From: Callorhinchus milii | Taxonomy: Eukaryota | Direction of reading: 5' to 3' | Assembly: GCF_018977255.1 (NCBI RefSeq) | Contig: NW_024704742.1 | Location: 65,536,001 to 65,600,000, forward strand | Length of the DNA stretch: 64,000 nucleotides | In this document: in pieces, positions 52,285 to 64,000 of the stretch | How positions within the stretch are numbered: position 1 is the first letter of the stretch | Layout: each line of letters starts with the position of its first letter | The notes under the pieces: generated by a model | Told to the model about the DNA's origin: nothing | What the model saw: only the letters and a program-made list of their open reading frames with translations | Databases searched by the model: none | Translations under genes and position numbers: made by a program

Positions 52285-53620
52285 GGAAATTTCAGACATC
52301 AAGTCCTGGATGAGAGCTAACTTTCTACAGTTGAACATCAACAAAACTGAGGCTCTCCTGATTGGCTCCCATCAGCGCCTCCTCACCTCAGGCACTGACA
52401 GCATCACCATCCAAGGATGCACACTCCACCTTACTAAGCCAGTAGGAAACTTGGGGTCTTGTTTGACCCTCAACTATCCTTTCTACCTCACATCTGTACC
52501 ATGATCTGCTCTGCCTTCCCCCACCTGTGCAACATTGCCCGGCTCCTCCACTGCTCCCCGCAGATCTCCGAGACCTCATCCACGCTTTCATCACATCTAG
52601 GCTCAACTATGCTAACTCCCTTCTTTTCGGCCTTCCCAACTCTTCCCTCTATAAGCTGCAGATCATTAAGAGCTCTGCAGCTCGTGTCCTTTCCAGAGCA
52701 GGCTTCGTGACCCTATCACCCCTATCCTCGCCCGTTCCCCTGGCTCTCCATCCCCCAGAGGACAAAATTCAAAATCCTCGTCCTCGCCTTCAATGCACTC
52801 CACGGCCTTGCTCCTTCTTACCTCTGACCTGCTAAGATCATATGGACCTGCCGCTCCCTCCGGTCAGTCAGCTCTGGCCTGCCCCACCATTGGCAGTCAG
52901 GCCTTCAGCTTCTTTGACCCCACCCTTTGGAACTCCAGTCCACAGTCCCTTCGCCTTATTCAAGGCACATCTCAAGACTCTCTTCTTCACCCTCCTACCC
53001 CTGCCCTCCAACCCCCACCTGACTCCAACACCCTGCTTGGATCCAATTCACTGACTGTCGAACGCCTTGGGACATTCTCCCAACATGAAAACGCTATACA
53101 AATGCAATTTACTGTTGTTGTTAAACTGAGAACCCCTCTGTCTGTTCAGGTGCATGTTAAAATTCACATAGCAGTACTACCGATGTCCTGACCAACAATC
53201 CCCCATATTAAGTAGGTCATTCATTTCATGGCTGTTTGTGCAATGTTGCTGTTGCTGCACACTCAACCTCACGAAGCCAGTCAGGAACCTGGGTGTCTTG
53301 TTTGACCCTGAACTGTCCTTTTTCCCCACATCCGCGCCATGACCGGCACTGCCTATCACACCTCCACAACATTGCCAGACTCCGCCACCGCCTCACCCCT
53401 CAGGCTGCCGAAACCCTGACCCACGCATTCGTCACTTCAAGGCTCGATTATTGAAATTTCCTCCTCATCGGCCTTCCCAACTCTTCCCCTCACAAGACGC
53501 AGATCATCCAGAACTCTGCAGCTCGTGTACTCTCGCGCACTCCTGACCCCTGACTGCCCAGCGCCTTGGGACGTACTCCCGACGTGAAGGATGCTCTATA
53601 AATATAATTTTGTTGTTGTT
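52285..53620 (+). mobile_element. Two tandem degraded L2 3' fragments (52285-53120 and 53255-53620)
   Basis: Encode '[27 protein letters not shown]' and 'LHNIARLRHRLTPQAAETLTHAFVTSRLDY'; both carry L2 tails. Confidence 0.8.
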
Positions 53621-54888
53621 AGAAAATTGGCTGCCATGTTCACCTTCAAAATACAGTCAATACACATTACAGTAAAAACTGTGAAATGCTAGAGACACCC
53701 TCCCTATGTGCAAGGCATGATATCAAAAACAATATTATTATTATTTTTAGATTTGAATTGTTTTCTTCGCCTTTGGTTGCCAAGTGTTAATGCCAAGTAG
53801 GTGACAAATATTAGACGGCAGCAGCACTGTATAAGGGTTGTGGTGACTTAAAGATTTCATGATGCCATGTAACAAAATTGATGTCTACGGATTTCTCTCG
53901 TTGAACTGGACAAATTTTCACAGAATATTTAAAAATGTGAGAGAGGTAAGTACGTTCTTAAACAGGTTCTCTTTATCTCTATCCCTTTTTCTCAATTTTA
54001 TGCTTTTTTTCATTTTACTTTCTGTTCCACTTTCCCAATTATCTTTGGCTTCCTGCATCTTGTGGTTCTCACCCTGTCATCGATGATCTGGGCAGCCTCA
54101 CTAACACAGGCGCATTCACTTTGCTACTTCTGTGCGTGATGACAACGGTTGCTACTGTTCTTGTCACTACAGGTATTTATTTTTAACTTACCCTTTACAT
54201 TGGAAATTATTTAAAAATACTGAAAGCAGTACCAGTGCTGGCTTAAACATTCTTCTTTCTTCCCCCCCTCCACCTTTGAGGGACGAATTTTCAGCTACCA
54301 TAACTATAATAAATTGGTCATTTCAATCCACGACTGTTTGTGGGACATTGCTATGCACAATTGGCTGCCGCATTTCCCCCATAAATTTCCCCCATAAAGT
54401 CAATTCACTTTACAGTCTATTTTGTGAAGCGCTTTGAGATGTCTAGAAGACGTGAAAAGCGCTATATCAAATGCAAGGGTTATTATTATTATAACCCAAA
54501 TAATAATCCTTGCATAATCTGGAACTCCCTCCCTAAATCCCTCCATCTCGCTCCCTTTCTATCTGTAAAAGATTCCTGAAAATATAATTATAATGATAAT
54601 CCTTGCATTTGATATAGCGCCTTATCATGTGGTTGAGTTGTCTTAAAGAGCTTCACAGAATATATTGTAAAGTGGACTTACTGTGTATTTTGTGGACAAA
54701 ATACTCTTTAGACCAGTGGTTGCCAACCCCACAACAGTCTTTATGCATGAAATTCTACTTGGCATCCTGAAATTCTGCCGATCTTCAAGCCTCATATAGT
54801 GCTGCTGCCATCTATTATTTGTCACCTCGAATTATCAGAAGGCTGAAAAGAAGACTAGATTGTAACAACAGTCTTTTTGTTATTTCAG

Positions 54889-55003
54889 ATTTTTCCCAGG
54901 TTGAACTACGTATCCTAGCACATCTCTCCTCAGATCCAGAGCTGCTGAAACTTTTCCAAGATCCAGAAACATCAGATGTTTTTTCTATTCTCGCTTGTCA
55001 GTG
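54889..55003 (+). CDS. POLN: DNA polymerase nu, motif A exon ([39 protein letters not shown])
   Basis: Acceptor ttttgttatttcag and donor AGTG|gtaagt; 115 nt, phase 1/2. Contains family-A motif A, DFSQxELR, with the catalytic Asp split across the splice junction. Confidence 0.97.
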
Positions 55004-58000
55004 GTAAGTGCCATATCTGATTCTTTAGAATTTTTTTTTAATATGAGTCATTCCCAAATTACTGTGAGCCAGCTGGCCCCCTGCCAGCCGACACATAAAC
55101 CAAGGCAAATAAATCATCCGGTAATACAGGATTCTGGGAGGAGGTTAATTAGCACCGTCTAGTCTCATGCAGTCTGTTACCTTGTTCATCTTTAGAGCAA
55201 AGACCCAAATCTGGCCTGTGCAATCAAATCTGATCACTCCAGTGACTGACTTGATTCTATTTCATGGTAGCTCCCCACGCTTTACTCCGAGATACCCTTC
55301 ATCCAAACCGTTTGGGTGATTAATTCAGACAAGCGGAGAGGAGAGACATTCCACCTGGGATTTTTCAAAGGTTCCTTTAAAAAATTTAGAAAACTGTCTT
55401 CAAAATTAAAACTGAATTAAAAAATTCTCCAAAATTGGCACATTCTGAAATGCTAAGGTACAAAGTCCAAGTCTAGACCCAGGCAAAATTTTGTCTCCCT
55501 GATTGTACATCGATTTCAAGATTGTTCTCAGTAAACAATATTAATTCAACATTGAAGCTAATATAGAGTGGCCTTCATTTTTTTTGAGGGGGTCAGCGGG
55601 TGTCCAACACATGTAGAAAGGTAGTACCATACGTAATAGTATTTTGACAGACAGTTCCAGGTATGCATGAAAATTTCCCTGTTTCTGGAATGCTGTGGGC
55701 ACTCTGTCCAGAGGGACACCCCAGTTCATCTAATGGCAAGTGCCTAGGCTTGTGGACTCCAAAGCCTGTGTTGGAGTACTGCTGGAGTCTAACCCAGCTA
55801 AAACCATGCAACCTTCCAAGCACAATCCAGCAAGCTTCCTGCTGCTTGTCCAGCTAGGTCCATCCTACCATTTAGGGGTTTGCTTTGCATGGTTAACAGG
55901 AGCCAAGTGGGAAGAATTCCAGGTATGGCCTTCCGGACTAAGCCTATATGGAATTTGAAGCTTCTGGACATCATACTATCAAGGTACTGATTACCTCAGA
56001 AATATCAGGGAAAACTCCATTTTGAGCTCCAGCGTTATAAACAAGGCCACACAAATGCGGACGTGCAAATCATTTTTATCATAAAATAATAACTTAACAA
56101 TGTAATTATGTTAAAGCTTCAAGCTATATTATTAGGTCATCAATACTCTTTGGGTGAACAGTCAAAGAAAGTGATGCTAATGAAGGAAGTTCCATTCTGA
56201 TATGAAGTCTTCTGTTGACATTTAGTCCCCATTACAATGTGCGAACGGAGCTCTTGGCAGATGCATGAATGGGTCATTTTGTGTATATCAGCTTAACTCA
56301 ACAACAAAATCAGATAAGTGACAAAGTACAGATCGCAATTTTTCACCGAATATATATTTTGCAATATATCATTCCATGTGCATTTTGGACAATAATTTGG
56401 ACTAATTAAAAGTTGCATTTAGGGATACAAATTAAAAGTGAATGCTACAGTTAAAGATCCTATGTCACTACTCGAAAAGAGAAGGGAGTTTTCCCCCAAA
56501 TAAAATTGATCACTCGTTTCATGGCTGGTTGTGGGACAACGTTATGTGCAAAAATGCTTCCACGTTTGCCTATGAAAACAGTCACTCCATTTCACAATAA
56601 ATCCTGTGAAGCATTTTGAGACATCCTTCTGATGTGATAAGGTGCTTTACCAAATGCAAGGATTATTATTGTTATTAACTACATAAGTAAATCCTGAGTG
56701 AGTGCGAAAAGCACAGCCCAGTGATAAGTTATATATTACATTGATACATAGGTAAATGAAGGGGGGAAGTACATTGATTGATACTGGTGTCAGACTGCTG
56801 AATTACAGATTACTGAAGTAAGCGGAATACATTAGTTGCATATTGAAGGGACTGAAATTTGCAGTTAAAGAGCTTGCAACATGCAATGGTTCATGTTCTG
56901 CTGGGACCGTAGAGTTGTTTTATGTGGATTGCGTTGCTGAATAATGCAGATTGCGATGTTGAATTGTTATTCCATAGTCTCTCTTCAGTTGCCTTTGGGA
57001 GCCGGGGAGAAATCCTAGGTTCATTTTCTTGGAAGATTTAGTTGTGATATTCACTTCCCTCAGAGAATTAAATAAATTGGGAAGAATCAACAATAGTGCA
57101 AGTTGTGCATGGCCTAACGTGAACGATTGCCTGGGACACTGCTGTGCGCAATTGGCTGGCTCGTTTCGCCCACAAAATATACTGCCAATTCATTTTATAG
57201 TATATCCTGTGAAGCGCTTTGAGACGTCTCGAAGACCCGATATCAAATGCATGGATTATTATTATCAATCAGCCTTTTCTCATTCCAAATTTCTTATGTC
57301 CTTCAACAACAAAGTGCACTTATATAGGGCTTTTCACAAAATCTAAATGTCTCAGAGGCTCTTAACAGATATGTTGGGGAGCACCGAGCAGGGAGAAGTG
57401 AGGACGTTGATCAGAAGCATGGGTTTTGAAGGCTGGGAGAAATGAACCAAAACAAACAGATTTTTGAAAGAGTTCCAGAAAATAAACAGGAGCACAGTGA
57501 GTAAAGGCTTTGTCAGCAATGATCGGACAAAGGTTGGTGGAGTCAAGCAATAGGCCAGTCAGAGGAGCAGAGGATAAAGGCAGGAGAATAGAGCTAAATG
57601 GAATTGAATGTGTAGAGAGGAGAGAGAGCATAAAGTGATTTGAAGGTCAGGGCAAGGTTCTTAAAGTGGATCCAATGGGAGCCGGTGGAGCCTGGTAAGG
57701 GATGTGCGGAACGTAATGTGGGAGCGAACATGGGCTTCACTATTTAGAGGTTATACTCATGAGCCTTAAACAAGCAAGCTGAAACTCATGTACTAGTGGT
57801 TGTTATCAGGAGAAGTGAGGTTCTGAGGCCTCATATTCTTACCATTATTGGTTTGCAGTTTAATTGTGCAGAATTTTCAAAATTCTTAAATTTAGTCTTA
57901 ACTTGGATTCTGGTTTTCCTCAGTTCTTAGACTTTCCAAGATTGTAAATTGTAAGGTCTTAAGGCTAAGACCAAGAGATATTTTGAGCATAGACTGTTTG

Positions 58001-59957
58001 TGTAATGTAGGGGAATTTACTTCGGATTCTAATGCAATCCATCTTGATTGGGTACAGGTAAACAAGTGAGCAGTGCATTGGGTATGGGCTTGTCCTAAGC
58101 GCTCCGAGATGCTGCCCCGAGTGAAGCGTGCTATTTAAATGCAAGTTGTCTTATACTTATATATTTATATTTTGTTAAAGGTTTCATTTTACAGTTACCA
58201 AGTTCTATGTGCAGCACTGTAACAGCGAAGGGAAATTATAGAGCTCACTGACAGACTATCAAATCTAATATTTGGAGATAGTCCCTAATGTCATTCTACA
58301 CTATTTTTTAAGAAGTGCAGCCAAGATAGCGATTCCCAGCACCTTGTACAGAGCAGCTTCTCCTTGTGTTCCAGACTGACATCTGATTGAGTGTCAGCGA
58401 GCACTGGAGCTTGATGGTAACATTGTCTGCGCACAGCGAGTGGCTGATGAAAATTTGGCTCAGCAGTTATTTTGCAGTGGCCAGGGCGTACGAAAACAGC
58501 TTCAGCAAAAAGGTGGCTGCGGCTATCCAATATGTAAACACAGATTCCTCTTCAGACAGAAAACTGGCAACCCTGCCAGCCCATGTCAAAAGAATTAGGA
58601 AGGAATGGCTGAAGCAGTGCTGCTCGAGTACACCTGCGGTGTATTTTCAACAACAACAACTTGCATTAATATAGCACCCTTCATGCCAGACAGCATCTCG
58701 GAGTGCTTTTCAAGCCAGTCGTAAGAGTATCACAGAGGCTGACCTACCTGAGAGCTAGACTCTCTGCTGCTGTGCTCACTGACGACTGATCAATAACCCT
58801 GGTCACATGCCCTCAGCTGTAGCTGCAAGACTACAAATGCAGCAGGATGAGAGGAGATGAGATGCGCATCTCATGTCACAGACGTTGTGTTAAGGTCGCA
58901 GTTAGTTTATGTGCTCTGCACTGCGGCGACACCTTGTGCCTCGGCACAAATAACGTTGTGTAGAAATATAAAGAGGACGGGCACTACTTTTTAAAGTCTG
59001 TTTTATTCTTGTTTGTTTGGGTTGGGATAATAATAATAATCCTTACGTTTGATATACCCGCCTTATCACGTCATTGAGACGTCTCAAAACGCTTCACAGA
59101 ATATACTGTAAATTAATTGGATATTTTGTGGGCGAAACGTGGTAGCCAATTGCACAGCAGTGCCTCACAAACAGTGGATTGAGTAACCCTTTTTTTTAGA
59201 GAGGATTAGAATATCTTTATTACCCCCGGAAAAGAATGTCTTTAATGATGTTCACGTGGAAAGGTGAGAGGGGAAATAATTGATATTCACAAGATGATTT
59301 CTAATAGAGAAACCTGCTGGACCCTGGATGTGTGTCAGGTCAACCCTCCGAATGCCCAACTCCTCCTGCCAGACACCTCCTTTGGCCACAACCTTCTATT
59401 TTTGAATTGAGCCTTGGGATCTTTAACGTTCATCTGAACAGACAGACAGGGAATCTTGGTCGAACATGGCATGTGAAGAACAGCACGTCCTACAATGCAG
59501 TGCTCTCGGCACTGCGTTAGAGTGTCAGCCTAGATTAGGTGCTCAAAGTCCCAAGCTGGGGACTCTAGATCTCATCAAATAATTTTGTTACCTTCATCAA
59601 TTTTACACACAACCCAAACAAATTAAAATATGTAAGAGCTATACTTTCATCAGCGGATAGATGGGAATATATTACTTTACATGAAGAAACCAGGAGCGGG
59701 CGTTTCTTCTTTATAACAACAAAAAGTTGCATTTATATATCGCCCTGTCACTGGGTAGTGTCTGAGAGCGCTTGATAGTGGCGGAGCATGACGCCGAGCC
59801 GGAGAGAGGGGAGAGGTGACTGTAAGCATGGTTGAAGAGAAAGATCTTCGGGCACAACCTGGAAGGAGGGGGCAAAATGGGGGGAATGAGGGAGAGTACT
59901 CCAGAGTTTCGGGGCCTAGAGGCTGAAAGCACGGCTTTTATATTTATATTTTATTTT

Positions 59958-60284
59958 ATAATAATAATAATAATAATAATCCTTGCATTTGATATAGCGC
60001 TTTTCACGTCGGGAGGACGTCCCAAAGCGCTTCACAGAACACACTGTAAAGTGAATTGACTGTATATTTGTGGGCGAACGTGGCAGCCAATTGCGCACAG
60101 CAATGTCCCACAAACAGTCATAGATTGAAAATGACCAATTTATTATTGTTTTGGGTTTTGGAGGGATTATTATTAGGCTCTGTGTGGAGTAAGGAAACTT
60201 GCCCAAAGTTTCGCCCTCTCTGGAATTGAACTCAGGTCTCTCACTTGCAAAGCGAGTGCTCTAACCACTGAGCTACAGGACTCC
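59958..60284 (-). mobile_element. tRNA(Ala-like)-headed DeuSINE, young and full length
   Basis: Reverse complement of 15698-16019. It adjoins an L2 3' fragment (59716-59935, minus strand). Confidence 0.9.
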
Positions 60285-60493
60285 ATATGGAACAAATGGT
60301 TAGCATAATATCCTAACCTGTTAGAAGTAAATTTATTTTTGCCTTAAACAACAAAAATCAAAGCAAAATCACCAGTTCAGCTGTTCTTTATTGGTGTAAA
60401 CGTTATATTGCCATTTAGGCAAATGGAAAAAAATATTTCAGGTACAGTTTGTCATTTAATGAATTTCTGTTTTTCTTCATTCGGTCCTGGTAG

Positions 60494-60576
60494 GAAAGGT
60501 GTCCGTGTGGATCAAGTGAAGAATGCCGATCGAGAGCAAACCAAACGAATTGTCTACGCTGTTGTGTATGGAGCAG
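60494..60576 (+). CDS. POLN: DNA polymerase nu, motif B / O-helix exon (KGVRVDQVKNADREQTKRIVYAVVYGA-G)
   Basis: Acceptor cctggtag and donor GCAG|gtgagc; 83 nt, phase 2/1. Contains the RxxxKxxxYxxxYG motif B; human POLN reads 'DREQTKKVVYAVVYGAG'. Confidence 0.97.
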
Positions 60577-62312
60577 GTGAGCTTTGCAGAGCCAGTGCTT
60601 GTCCATCCAGAGCACTGCCACTCAATGGCAAGCTGTACGGTTTTAGCTGGTTAGACTCCAGCCGTACCCCAACACACACATTCTGGAGGCTCTAAGCCTT
60701 GGCTCTTGCCAACCTGTGCCTAATACTTTCCAAAATTAAATAAGCAGGATGCGTCCCTCCATGGAGAGAGTGCACATCCCATTCCAGACACAAGGAAATG
60801 TACATACCGTATGTAGGTGGCATACATAATTGGTTTGGATACCTTTTAACACGTGATGGGTTTCCACATGTGTCAGACATCCAGCTGATCAAACAAAAAA
60901 AAGCCAGTGTGGGAAAGAAAGAGACTTTATTATTATATTTATGTGTGTATGTGTGTTTGTGTATGAATGTTAGCAAGGGGTGGGAATGAGATGTTCACAG
61001 CTCAATGATTGATCTCGTAACCCACATTTTCAAAGGCTACAAAGTAAGTATGATAAGAAAACTTTATTACAATTTAGTTATAAAATATTACTAAAATAAG
61101 TATTACTAAAATACTATAATGCTAAAATTCTTCAAACGTGCCAGAAAGGAGGACATTTGCAGAAGAAATATACATGAACCCTTATTACAAATTGATGAAA
61201 GCAACATTATTCATTTGCTATTTACATTATTTATTTCCTTTTTTACTTTACTGGCAGAGTTATAAATTATTTTGCCTACACAAAGTTTAAAGATACTTTT
61301 TTTTATCAATATTAGATTAGTTTTAATTAAATAAAGGTCACTTTGATCATTGGTTGAAAGGGTTGCAATTTCCTGAGTGGGAGGAGTGATGACATTGTCA
61401 CATAGTCTCAGGTCAGACAGCCGAATAACTCAGCAGCTTTCCATTTAATGCAAACAATCTCCCCAAATAAAATTGGTCATTAGTTTCATGGCTGTTTGTG
61501 GGACATTGCTGTGCATGATTGTGCTGCCTCGTTTGCCTACAAATACACAGTCACTCTATTTCATAGTAAATCCTGTAAAGTGCTTTGAGACGTCCTTTTG
61601 ACATGATAAAGCGCTCTACAAAATGTAAGGATTATTATAATTATTATTATAATGCAGATCAGTCACCATATTTTTAAGAAGATAGCCAAGTAGTGGATTG
61701 GCTAGCTGGCCATTTGATTGGCTAGTTTGGTGGATGGGTCGGTAGGCTTGTTTAGTGCCTTTTTTTTGGTCGGCCGTGTGTCTGACACATGTGGAAACCC
61801 ATCCCCGTGCTTAAGAGTATCCAAACCAAACTGAGAATTCCACGTCTTCCACCTACACATGGAAATCCCAGAGATAAATCGTTGGAATGGAATCCGCCCT
61901 CTCTCCCTGGAGGGACACATCCTGTTTACCTAATTCCGGAAAGTATTAGGCGCAGGTTGGCAAGAGTTAGGTTGATGGCTGATTTGATGGATGAATGGTT
62001 GAGTAGCTGGATATGTGTAGGGCTTCCTGAGTGGTCAGTGGGTTGCTGGCTGGCTAGTTGATTGATATTCTGTTGCCATAGACTTCAGCTTGGAGCCAAG
62101 GAAACCCCCAACCCATTCCTCCCTTCATCTCGGGACTTTCAGTAAAAGTAAAAAGTTAATCCTTAGATGAGGCAAGCACAACTTTTGCCCTTCCTCGCAG
62201 ATCAAGTTTAGAAAATAAACATTAGGGAAAGAAAAACCTAAATCTGCTTCAAAACAAAAAAAACACGGTGAACGTTGGCTGTGAAAAAGGAACCACTTGC
62301 GAGCAGGGTGGT

Positions 62313-62330
62313 CCTGCCATCTAGTGGTCA
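62313..62330 (-). promoter_or_regulatory. Candidate CTCF-binding site
   Basis: The minus strand reads TGACCACTAGATGGCAGG, which matches the CTCF core consensus CCASYAGRKGGCRS. It lies in apparently non-repetitive intronic DNA. Confidence 0.4.
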
Positions 62331-62430
62331 TTAATTAACCCCATCAATAGATATGGAACATGGCAAACTTTACTCCGCTTTCTTATTACAATCTTTATCA
62401 CGAGGCCCCGAAGGATCAGATTAACGAGAC

Positions 62431-62519
62431 CGTATTCAGCTGCTTCTATGATGAAAATGGAAGTAAATGAAGACGTATTCAGCTGCTTCTATGATGAAAA
62501 TTGAAGTAAATGAAGACGT
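62431..62519. repeat. 43-bp tandem duplication
   Basis: Two copies of cgtattcagctgcttctatgatgaaaat(g/t)gaagtaaatgaaga, with one mismatch. Confidence 0.9.
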
Positions 62520-62926
62520 GCCCTTTTATAATTGTTAAATGCATTATGCAGAAGTCAGCGTAATGGAAACCTACATCTATCAAAAGCTGACCCCTGAAAC
62601 CAAGTGGGCCCCATGCTTGTCTTTTGTAAAGATCTAAACTTGACAACTGCTCTGGATACTAAATGTGTGATTAACATACATACATGGTGGGTGAGTGGGA
62701 GGGTATTCCTGGTAATCTTAACAGAACTGGGTCAACTTGGAAAAGGACTCAATTGAAGAAGAATTAAAGAGAGTTTGGGCGGCCAGTCAGATTAAACGAT
62801 GATTTTGCAGGCTGAAATTCCCATTTGTTTAATAAAGACGGATCATGCTGAAACGTCTTAAAGGGCTTCAGTACTTACATGTAATTAGTGTGAATCGGGT
62901 GTCAACCTGCTCAGTTGGTAGCACTC

Positions 62927-63201
62927 ATAATAATAATAATAATCCTTGCATTTGATATAGCGCTTTTCACGTCGGGAGGACGTCCCAAAGCGCTTCACAG
63001 AATACACTGTAAAGTGAATTAACTGTATATTTGTGGGCGAACGCGGCAGCCAATTGCGCACAGCAATGTCCCACAAACAGTCGTAGATTGAAAATGACCA
63101 ATTTATTATTGTTTTTGGTTTTGGAGGGATTATTATTAGGCTCTGTGTGGAGTAAGGAAACTTGCCCAAGGTTTCGCCCTGACCTGCCTGGAATTGAACT
63201 C
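62927..63201 (-). mobile_element. Young DeuSINE (head truncated), inserted next to a SacSINE1-like head
   Basis: Near-identical to 59958-60233. It is preceded by gtgtcaacctgctcagttggtagcactc, the head of the other SINE family. Confidence 0.85.
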
Positions 63202-63719
63202 ATGCACTTTGAGACATGCTCCCAACATGAAAAACACTATATCAAATCCAAGGATTATTATTATTATAAAGTGTAGTGACTGGTGACAGAAATACTATAC
63301 CAGACAGTAATATCCAACAAATAGTAACAAGGTGAATGATCAATTTAATCTGGAGGATTGTTGGCCAAGACATCAGGTGTAACACCTTTTTGAATAGTGT
63401 CGGGATATTTATGGAAGCTGAGGCCGTAACAAGAATTAAAAGGGATTTAATTTTTTGGTGTCTGATGATAATAATAATCTCCTTGTATTCGTCTTATCAC
63501 ATTTTGAGGCATCTCAAAGCGCTTCACGGGATATACTGTAAAGTGGATTGACAATTTTCTGTGACCATTTTGAAACTTTTTGATACATTATGCCATCATA
63601 AAAATGCAAGCGCACGCTTGTAACTGCAGTTCATTGTGGTGTGCTTTACAAAATTGCTATAGGTTTTGCATTGATCAGTGTTATTTCGTATTAATCTTTT
63701 CGTTTATAATGCCATACAG

Positions 63720-63851
63720 GCAAGGGACGTCTGTCAGAGTGGCTAGGAATTCCTGCAAACCAAGCCAGTCAGTTCAGTGAAAACTTTCTACAGAAGTATA
63801 AGGGGCTCCGCACTTTCACACAGAAAACTATTCAGCAATGCCAGATGCAAG
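63720..63851 (+). CDS. POLN: DNA polymerase nu, coding exon (GKGRLSEWLGIPANQASQFSENFLQKYKGLRTFTQKTIQQCQMQ-G)
   Basis: Acceptor gccatacag and donor CAAG|gtactt; 132 nt, phase 1/1. Aligns with POLN '[45 protein letters not shown]'. It is not in the ORF track. Confidence 0.93.
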
Positions 63852-64000
63852 GTACTTTTCAATAATCAATTTAAACATCCTTCCAGATGTGTAAAGCTTT
63901 TTTTTGATCAGCCGGGTATCTGACACATACGGAAACCCATCACAATGCTTCAGAGTAATCAAACCAGACTGAAAATTCAACATGTGTATGCTATCTACAT

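Noticed and set aside
51780..52285. GC-richer segment with several overlapping ORFs of 100-160 aa
   Set aside because: It has no recognisable domain or splice-supported exon, and is probably a decayed repeat. A faint transposase-like impression could not be supported.
62491..62590. ATGATGA...CTGA as a possible C/D-box snoRNA
   Set aside because: I could not see a convincing terminal stem or rRNA-antisense element, and the C box lies within the 43-bp duplication. snoScan or Infernal would be needed.

Overview
This is vertebrate genomic DNA, very probably from a cartilaginous fish; that assignment is inferred from the L2/CR1 LINE and DeuSINE repertoire. The window lies entirely inside the DNA polymerase nu gene (POLN, + strand). 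Six small coding exons (78-143, 35761-35818, 39324-39401, 54889-55003, 60494-60576, 63720-63851) splice in frame through canonical AG/GT sites and encode the family-A polymerase region from TGRLS (here SGRLS) through motifs A and B. The rest is intronic and dense with transposable elements: L2 LINEs with (TTG)n tails, CR1 LINE fragments, two DeuSINE-type families and an unclassified A-tailed repeat. Four observations stand out. (1) A ~3.9-kb element (31452-35353) has perfect 16-bp terminal inverted repeats and a near-perfect 8-bp target-site duplication, and its cargo is a ~3.45-kb (CA)n/(GA)n satellite just upstream of a POLN exon. (2) Four Penelope-type minimal hammerhead ribozyme motifs are present, two of them arranged as a fold-back palindrome. 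(3) A young L2 subfamily shares the same ORF2 frameshifts between copies, two of which form a ~1.2-kb inverted pair. (4) SINE copies carry 3' tails that match different L2 subfamilies. No intact novel protein-coding system was found. The long Cys/Val/Ser/Leu and His/Thr/Arg ORFs at 31.6-35.3 kb are artefacts of the satellite.
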